Shown: piece by piece, positions 60,112 through 64,000 of the stretch
Numbering within the stretch: position 1 is the first letter of the stretch
Layout of the letters: each line of letters begins with the position of its first letter
Source of the DNA: Squalus acanthias
Taxonomy: Eukaryota
Reading direction: 5' to 3'
Length of the DNA: 64,000 nucleotides
NCBI GenBank assembly: GCA_030390025.1
Contig: CM059431.1
Location: 115,508,001-115,572,000 of the forward strand
Program-made: the position numbers and the translations under genes
Notes under the pieces: generated by a model
What the model was told of the DNA's origin: nothing
Seen by the model: the letters and a program-made list of their open reading frames with translations, nothing else
Databases searched by the model: none

Positions 60112-60129
60112 CGCAGCAGATACTGTTTA

Positions 60130-60540
60130 CTTTGGTCCTCTAAAGCCTCAAAGTTAAAATGATCATCCGTTTGCTAAAATCCCTTCATGACCTTGCCCCT
60201 CTCGATCGCTGCAATCTCCTAGAGCCCCTCAGAACTTTTCCCTCCTCCTCTGACTCTGGCCTCTTGTGCACGCCCCCATTCCCTTCACCCCACCATTGGC
60301 AGACATGCCTTCAGTCATCCAGGCCCCACGATGTGGAATTCTCTCTCTAAATCCCTCCATCTCCCCATCTCCCTTTCCTCCTTAAAACCCACTTCTTTGA
60401 CCAAGCCTTTTGTCATTCACCTAATATCTCCTTTAGCTCGGCATCCAAATTTTTATCTGATTACACCTCCATGAAGCGCCGTGGGACAATTTTCTACGTT
60501 GAAGGTACTATATAAATGCAAGTTGCTGTTGTTGCTGTTA
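60130..60540 (+). mobile_element. L2 3' end
   Basis: Diverged match to 40970-41370 with TATATAAATGCAAGTTG tail. Confidence 0.75.
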
Positions 60541-60802
60541 TTACCTTGTTTACATTGACAAACGAAGCATAACCAATGTCTTTAAAATCCACATCATATT
60601 CATCAGCAAAACTGTTGATCTCAATTTTGCCTAACTCCACCCTGTGCCAGATTAAGAATCCTTGGGGTCAACTATTTCTGCAGAGAAACAAGAGAAAATC
60701 AGAGGGATAGCCTCTATCCTCCAATCATGCTCTCTTACCTCATGTAATCCTTCCGAGCAGCATCAACACAGGAGGTTATAGCCTGGCCTTCCAGTTGGAG
60801 TT

Positions 60803-63545
60803 GGTAATATATGTGGGTACAACAATTGAAGAACAGAGACATGATTAGTTGCTAGTTCATGTGCGTGCTTTACTAGGCCAGAGCGAACTGAGCATGCTCA
60901 TAACAAACCATGTGACAAACCATGTGATAATACATTACACTGCTTTCCAGTGAAAGAAAAGGTTGATGCTGTCATCAATGCTCCAAAGCCACAGAACGTG
61001 TCTGAGTTAAGATCTTTCCTTGGAATGGTCCAGTACTCCGCACGTAGTAAAAAAAATGTATTCCCCTCAAAACATACAACAAAACTATGGTCCCACCTTT
61101 CCCAGCATTACATGTACCACATAACAAAAACTCCTGGCTTTTTCTCTTTTAAATTAACTACAAATCCAGTTTAATAACAGGTTTGCGGAGCCTGTCTGAT
61201 CTCCTTACAGAAGGTTTTGGTGTTGAACCAATTTTCGGGCTGTTTTGTTTTGGTTCCGAACTCAAAGATGATCCTGTTTCTATCTCAGACTTGTTTGAAT
61301 CTGGTACTTTAGTTACTGAAGTCTGAACTGAGTCACACTCTTGTATGAGATCATGATCAAGTGGTTCAAGATCTTTGTCCAATCCAGGCCAATAAACAAA
61401 GCTTCTTGCAATTGATTTCATACTGATGATCTTTGGATGTTCAGTATGAAGTTCGGCCAGAATTCGATCTCTCAAAGAAATAGGTACCACCACTCTGTTT
61501 CCCCACATGATGTAACCTTGGTCACAAGACAATTCAGTAAGACGGTTATGGAATGGTTTCAATTCTGTGTCCAGACACTGATCAGTCCATCCATTCAAGG
61601 TGTTTTCACACACTCTTTTCAGCACTGAGTCCTTTTGAATCTCATTTGCAATCTCAGTTGCATTAACGGGAAAGTCTTTGTCAACTGCACCTAACATGAA
61701 AATCTCACCTTCACTCCCAACATGGACAAGGCATCTGCGATTGCGTTTTGCTTTGAAGTGCGATATTCAATCGTGTAGTCTTATTTTGACAACAACACTG
61801 CCCAACATTGCATTCTTGATGCGGCCATTGAAGGGATGGCAGATTTGGGCCCCAATATTGCAGTTTGTGATCGGGTATCAGGGTAAATTTTCTGCCGATC
61901 AGGAACTGTTGGAATTTCTTGATTCCAAACACTATGGCGACTGCTTCTTTTTCAATTTGCACATAGTTTCTTTCATCTTTGTGAGGGTTTGCGATGCGAA
62001 CGCGATTGGTTTCTCTTGGCCGTCATCCATTCCGTGGCTTATGATAGCTCTCACACCATAACTGGAAACATCACACGCTAACTTAAGCTCATGCTCTGTG
62101 TCATAGTGTACAAGTAGAGCATCACTGGAGAGACTTCTCTTACAAGCATCATAAGCTTCCTGTTGCGCTTTTGTCCACTTCCACTGGACATCCTTCTTGA
62201 GGAGCTCGTGCAATGCAGCTAACATGATCGTTAACTCAGGTAATAAACGTGCGTAGTACTGGACCATTCCAAGGAAAGATCTTAACTCAGACACGTTCTG
62301 TGGCTTTGGAGCATTGATGACAGCATCAACCTTTTCCTTCACTGGTTGCAAGCCATTTGCATCAACCTTCAGACCAAGGAACACAACCTTGGCCTGCACA
62401 AAAGCACATTTGCTCCTTTTCAATTTGACATTGTGGGCATTCAACCTTTGAAGCACTATATCTAACACTACTAGATTTTCTTCCTCACTGCTTGTTGCGA
62501 TCAGCACATTGTCTTGATTGCATAAGCAATTTGTAACTCCTTGTAAAATCTTATCCATCGTAGCCTGGAAGATTTTTGGGGGTGGACTTTACACCATATA
62601 GCAGCTTGGTGTATGAGTACAGTCCCTTGTGTGTGTTGATGGTGAGATACTGTTGACTCTCTTTGTCAACATTCAGCTGAGCTTAAGCATGCGACAGGTC
62701 AAGCTTGGAGAAAACCTTTGACCCAGAGAGTGCTGCATACAAATCTTGCGATGTAGGTAATGGATACTGCTCATCGTCAACTGCTTGGTTGATAGTAACT
62801 TTGTAGTCACCGCACAAGCGTACAGTTTTATCTGCTTTGGGCACTACCACAATCAGGGTAGCCCATTCACTTTTGTCAGTTTTTACTAGCGCTCCGTTCT
62901 CTCTGAGCTTCGCTAGCTCTTCCTCCACCTGACTTTTCAATGCATAGGGGACCGGCCTTGCCTTACAATAGACAGGCTTCACGTTGGACTTGATCTGGAT
63001 ATGAGCATCATACCCAGTGATGCCCTCATAAACCCTCAATGAACATGCTTTCGTACTTGTTCAGCATTGTGTCAAGTCACTTCTTTGAAGCATCTACACT
63101 GAAGACATTTTTCCAGTCTAGTTTTTACTTTCTCAACCAGTATTTGCCCATGAGAGTTGGCCTGTTGTTGTAGCTTGCTACAATAACAGGCAGTTTTACT
63201 GACCGGCCATTATGTTGAACTGTACATTCCATTTGTTCACATATCTCTAGGATTTCTCCAGAGTAGGTTTTTAACTCTATGGTACTCTTTGTAAGTGGTA
63301 CTTGATTAAACTTACTCTCATATGTGTCCTTACTCATGATAGAGCAGTCCGCTGCCACGTCAATACACATATCAATATATTGTTCGTTGATCAAATGTTT
63401 TGTACGGAAGTTTTTCTCGCGATTGCTAGCATTGCCGCTAGTGGCATAGATACTGTAGATGCCTAGTCCTTCAACATCAGGTGTGTTCACTTCAATATTG
63501 TGAACTCCTCCCTTTTGTTGTCATTGCTTTGCTTTGTCGATATTT
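60803..63545 (-). mobile_element. pol: Gypsy copy 2 (protease, RT, RNase H, partial integrase, 3' LTR 60803-60939), decayed
   Basis: CIDVAADCS, VRLCGDYKVTIN, FSKLDLSHA, ELRSFLGMVQYY, LACDVSSYGV; LTR and protein sequence match copy 1. Confidence 0.93.
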
Positions 63546-64000
63546 TACGATATAATTGGGATTACGGAGACATGGCTCCAGGGTGACCAAGGCTGGGAAC
63601 TCAACATCCAGGGGTATTCAATATTCAGGAAGGACAGGCAAAAAGGAAAAGGAGGTGGGGTAGCGTTGCAGGTTAAAGAGGAGATTAATACAATAGTAAG
63701 GAAGGATATTAGCTCAGATGATGTGGAATCTGTATGGGTAGAGATGCGAAATACCAAGGGGCAGAAAACATTAGTGGGAGTTGTATACAGACCCCCAAAC
63801 AGTAGTGGTGAGGTTGGGGATGGCATTAAACAGGAAATTAGAGATGCATGCAATAAGGGCACAGCAGTTATCATGGGTGACTTTAATCTGCATATAGATT
63901 GGGCTAACCAAATTAGTAACAATACTGTGGAGGAGGAATTCCTAGAGTGTATACAGATGGTTTCCTGGACCAATATGTCGAGGAACCAACTAGAGATCAG
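63546..64000 (+). mobile_element. CR1 ORF2 endonuclease region, runs off the window
   Basis: YDIIGITETWL..GYSIFRKDR..GGGVAL..VYRPP..MGDFN. Confidence 0.9.

Larger units (their letters stand above)
51713..60120 (-). mobile_element. Near full-length CR1 LINE, decayed, hosting nested insertions
   Basis: (TTCTTATG)n tail at 51713; RT 51870-54010; APE to ~55975; ORF1 esterase 58850-59790 (HIGTND, CLPGARVKD, CxxC motifs). Confidence 0.9.

Noticed and set aside
14890..63545. Large inverted segmental duplication suggested by inverted LTR, Harbinger and Gypsy pairs
   Set aside because: Flanks and TSDs differ, the order is not mirrored and the intervening DNA is not shared; these are independent insertions

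Overview
Eukaryotic, repeat-dominated DNA. The CR1 LINEs with (TTCTATGT)n-type tails, L2 LINEs, Deu-domain SINEs and Penelope ends point to a cartilaginous-fish (shark-like) genome; that taxon is inferred from repeat content only. Much of the window is nested, mostly decayed transposable elements. These include at least 7 CR1 pieces (two near full length), L2 and SINE copies, two copies of one Gypsy family in opposite orientation, and two 1.6-kb solo LTRs with 4-bp TSDs. DNA transposons include a decayed autonomous PIF/Harbinger (transposase plus convergent spliced Myb/SANT gene), two internally deleted Harbingers retaining only the Myb domain, many Harbinger-type MITEs and one pogo/Tigger-type MITE. 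Penelope ends carry minimal hammerhead motifs. Five short, frame-compatible + strand exon candidates (7.8-42.8 kb) may be the 3' part of an unidentified host gene with long introns. There is no prokaryotic system, CRISPR, rRNA or real tRNA. The most notable pattern is that MITEs of two superfamilies repeatedly carry promoter-like motifs plus consensus 5' splice (U1) sites. All calls were made by eye; no database search was possible.
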